64,000 nt of DNA from an uncultured Alphaproteobacteria bacterium (GTDB lineage: Bacteria > Pseudomonadota > Alphaproteobacteria > Rhodobacterales > Rhodobacteraceae), in contig CAWFGD010000002.1 in NCBI GenBank assembly GCA_963815275.1, positions 24,102 through 88,101 of the forward strand, read 5' to 3'. The position numbers were made by a program, and so were the translations under genes. Position 1 is the first letter of the stretch. Every line of letters begins with the position of its first letter. Positions 62,297 to 64,000 of this stretch are shown one piece after another. The notes beneath the pieces are model-generated. The model was not told the DNA's origin. It worked only from the letters and a program-made list of their open reading frames with translations, and ran no database searches.

Positions 62297-64000
62297 GTTT
62301 TGCAGCCTCGCGCCAGCGCCTGCCAGCGCGGGTTATCATCGCCAAGATGGCGCAGCGCGCCCCAGGAGCCGTATTTGCTGGGGCGGTAGATATCGACAAA
62401 GGCGTTGAAGGGCTGATCGGAGATCTGCTGCCAGCCCGCGAGCAGCTCGGCGTAAAGCGCGCCCATCTCGGAGCTGAAGTTCAGATGGGTGAAGTATGCG
62501 GTCAGCTGTTCATCCTCCATCTGACTGCCGTAGCCGACGACATGACTGCCGCCCTCATACATCACCAGTTTCAGGCCACGCTCGGCAGCGACGGCGGCGT
62601 GATAGGGCAGGATCTCGCCCAAGACGACGGCGAGGCTGTCGGTCTTGTCGCCGGTGATCGCGCCGTCGCGGAGTTCCTGCGCGGCCATCTGGTCGGCGAT
62701 GTCAAAGCGGTGCTCGGCCACGAAGGCGTCATGTTCAGCCCCCTTCAGTTGTTGGAAATCGGCCTGTTCGCGGGCGGCTTCGACGGATTGCTTCAGCCAA
62801 TCCTTGACCGCGACGAATTTCTTGTCCGCGCCGAGCAGGGCGCTGAAATAGCCGGTGACGGCATAGGCGTCAAAGCTGACCACCGGCGGCTCCAGCCCCT
62901 CGGCTACGGCGAGGGGCGCGTCGAGGATCTGGGTTTCGAGGCCGAGCCAGCCGGTTTGCACGGCGACGATGCGCATCAGGCGCTTGGGGTCGTCCTGAAA
63001 GACATCGGCCCAGATATTGGCGACCTGTGCGGCGCGCAAGCCGTAGAATTGCACCCAGGTCTGATCCTTGTTCCAGCGCTTTCTACCCTCCTCTTCGGCC
63101 CAGCGGGCCTGGGCGAATTGCCAGTTCCAGACCTCGTTGGAAAATTCAACCTGGGCTGTCAGCGAGGGGTGCAGCTGGTCATGGGCAATCTGGGCGTAGC
63201 TGCGGGCAAGTTCGTCGGTGGCCAGATGCGGGATGTTGAACCAGGGGTCGGCCATCAACTCATTGGCCAGCGCCACCATGATCTCCATCGGAACCCCTTT
63301 GCGGGCATAGCTGTAGTCGCCGGGCAGCGGCCGGTCTTGCGCTTCGGAGAGGGTTGCATCGTTGGTGGCCATCCAGTCCATGAAGCGGAGGCCCCTGACG
63401 CCCTTGATGCGGCTGATCCAGTCGGGATTGAAGATGGCCCCTGCGTCAAGGGCGGCGGCGCGGGAGGCGCGCACCACGGTGATGTTGCGGATCGGATCCG
63501 TGGCATCGAGGGCGGTGATATCAAGAAAAACCGCGCCGTCGCCGGGGGTATAGTCAAAGACAATCTCGCCGGGTTTGGCCTGCACCACCTGGGCGCGGCC
63601 ATTGGCCTTGAGCGTGCCCTTGCCCTGATAGCGCAGCAGATAGCGCCCCGCGACCCCCAGCGCATCGGCGGGCAGGTCGGTGAGGATCAGGGTTGAGATG
63701 CCGGTGATCCCGGGCGGAATTTTCGTCGGCCAGCCTTGGGGCGAGAGCGCCCCTGCGGCGCGCAGATCGGCCTCTTCCCAGCCGCCGAACTGGTCGGGTT
63801 TGTGGCCGATCCAGGGACGGGCGGTTTTCATCACGTCGAGGAAGGGTTGCTGGACAGACCAGTCGTTGATGCCGGCGAGGCCGAGGGAGAGGTGGCGGTT
63901 GGTGATGGGCGCGAAGCTGGGGAAGGCGGCGTCGAGCATGCGTTGGGGGGAGGGGAGTGGCGGCGAGGGCGGTCTGGGTGGTGGCGCTGTCGGCACCGCC
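62290..64000 (-). CDS. Uncharacterised probable carbohydrate-active protein (5' end outside the window)
   Basis: LRFMDW, PWFNIPH, VEFSNEVWN, MYEGG; overlaps the GT2 gene start. Confidence 0.65.
   Translation of the reverse strand, partial: AVPTAPPPRPPSPPLPSPQRMLDAAFPSFAPITNRHLSLGLAGINDWSVQQPFLDVMKTARPWIGHKPDQFGGWEEADLRAAGALSPQGWPTKIPPGITGISTLILTDLPADALGVAGRYLLRYQGKGTLKANGRAQVVQAKPGEIVFDYTPGDGAVFLDITALDATDPIRNITVVRASRAAALDAGAIFNPDWISRIKGVRGLRFMDWMATNDATLSEAQDRPLPGDYSYARKGVPMEIMVALANELMADPWFNIPHLATDELARSYAQIAHDQLHPSLTAQVEFSNEVWNWQFAQARWAEEEGRKRWNKDQTWVQFYGLRAAQVANIWADVFQDDPKRLMRIVAVQTGWLGLETQILDAPLAVAEGLEPPVVSFDAYAVTGYFSALLGADKKFVAVKDWLKQSVEAAREQADFQQLKGAEHDAFVAEHRFDIADQMAAQELRDGAITGDKTDSLAVVLGEILPYHAAVAAERGLKLVMYEGGSHVVGYGSQMEDEQLTAYFTHLNFSSEMGALYAELLAGWQQISDQPFNAFVDIYRPSKYGSWGALRHLGDDNPRWQALARGCKTC

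Overview
GC-rich alphaproteobacterial chromosomal DNA. Gene content and order point to a Rhodobacteraceae/Paracoccaceae member (inference). It is mostly core genes: pckA with chvI-chvG-hprK-rapZ-EIIA-HPr; hbd, etfAB, parC; waaA-lpxK; a LysR-controlled dioxygenase/hydrolase/pirin module; dsbA, mutY, alkB, ccrM, rnhB; a DEAD-box helicase; pmbA; a TPP-riboswitch thiamine operon without thiC; rnr, cytochrome c', frmA, dps; and one end of a polysaccharide locus. I saw no rRNA, tRNA, CRISPR array, transposase or prophage. About 18 genes, including parC and ccrM, are broken by single-base indels, best read as sequencing/consensus errors. Best leads: (1) two 88-bp direct repeats with a compensatory base-pair change bracketing a LysR + small-protein pair; (2) a membrane-anchored winged-helix regulator clustered with two exported Cys-containing proteins; (3) a probable ~17.5-kb inversion splitting pmbA-IMPase from DUF4170-waaA-lpxK; (4) a TPP riboswitch whose switch appears to act on a 16-codon ORF rather than on the thiD ATG; (5) unannotated structured RNA candidates downstream of ccrM and at ~61.0 kb. 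All calls come from reading the sequence by eye; no database searches were run.
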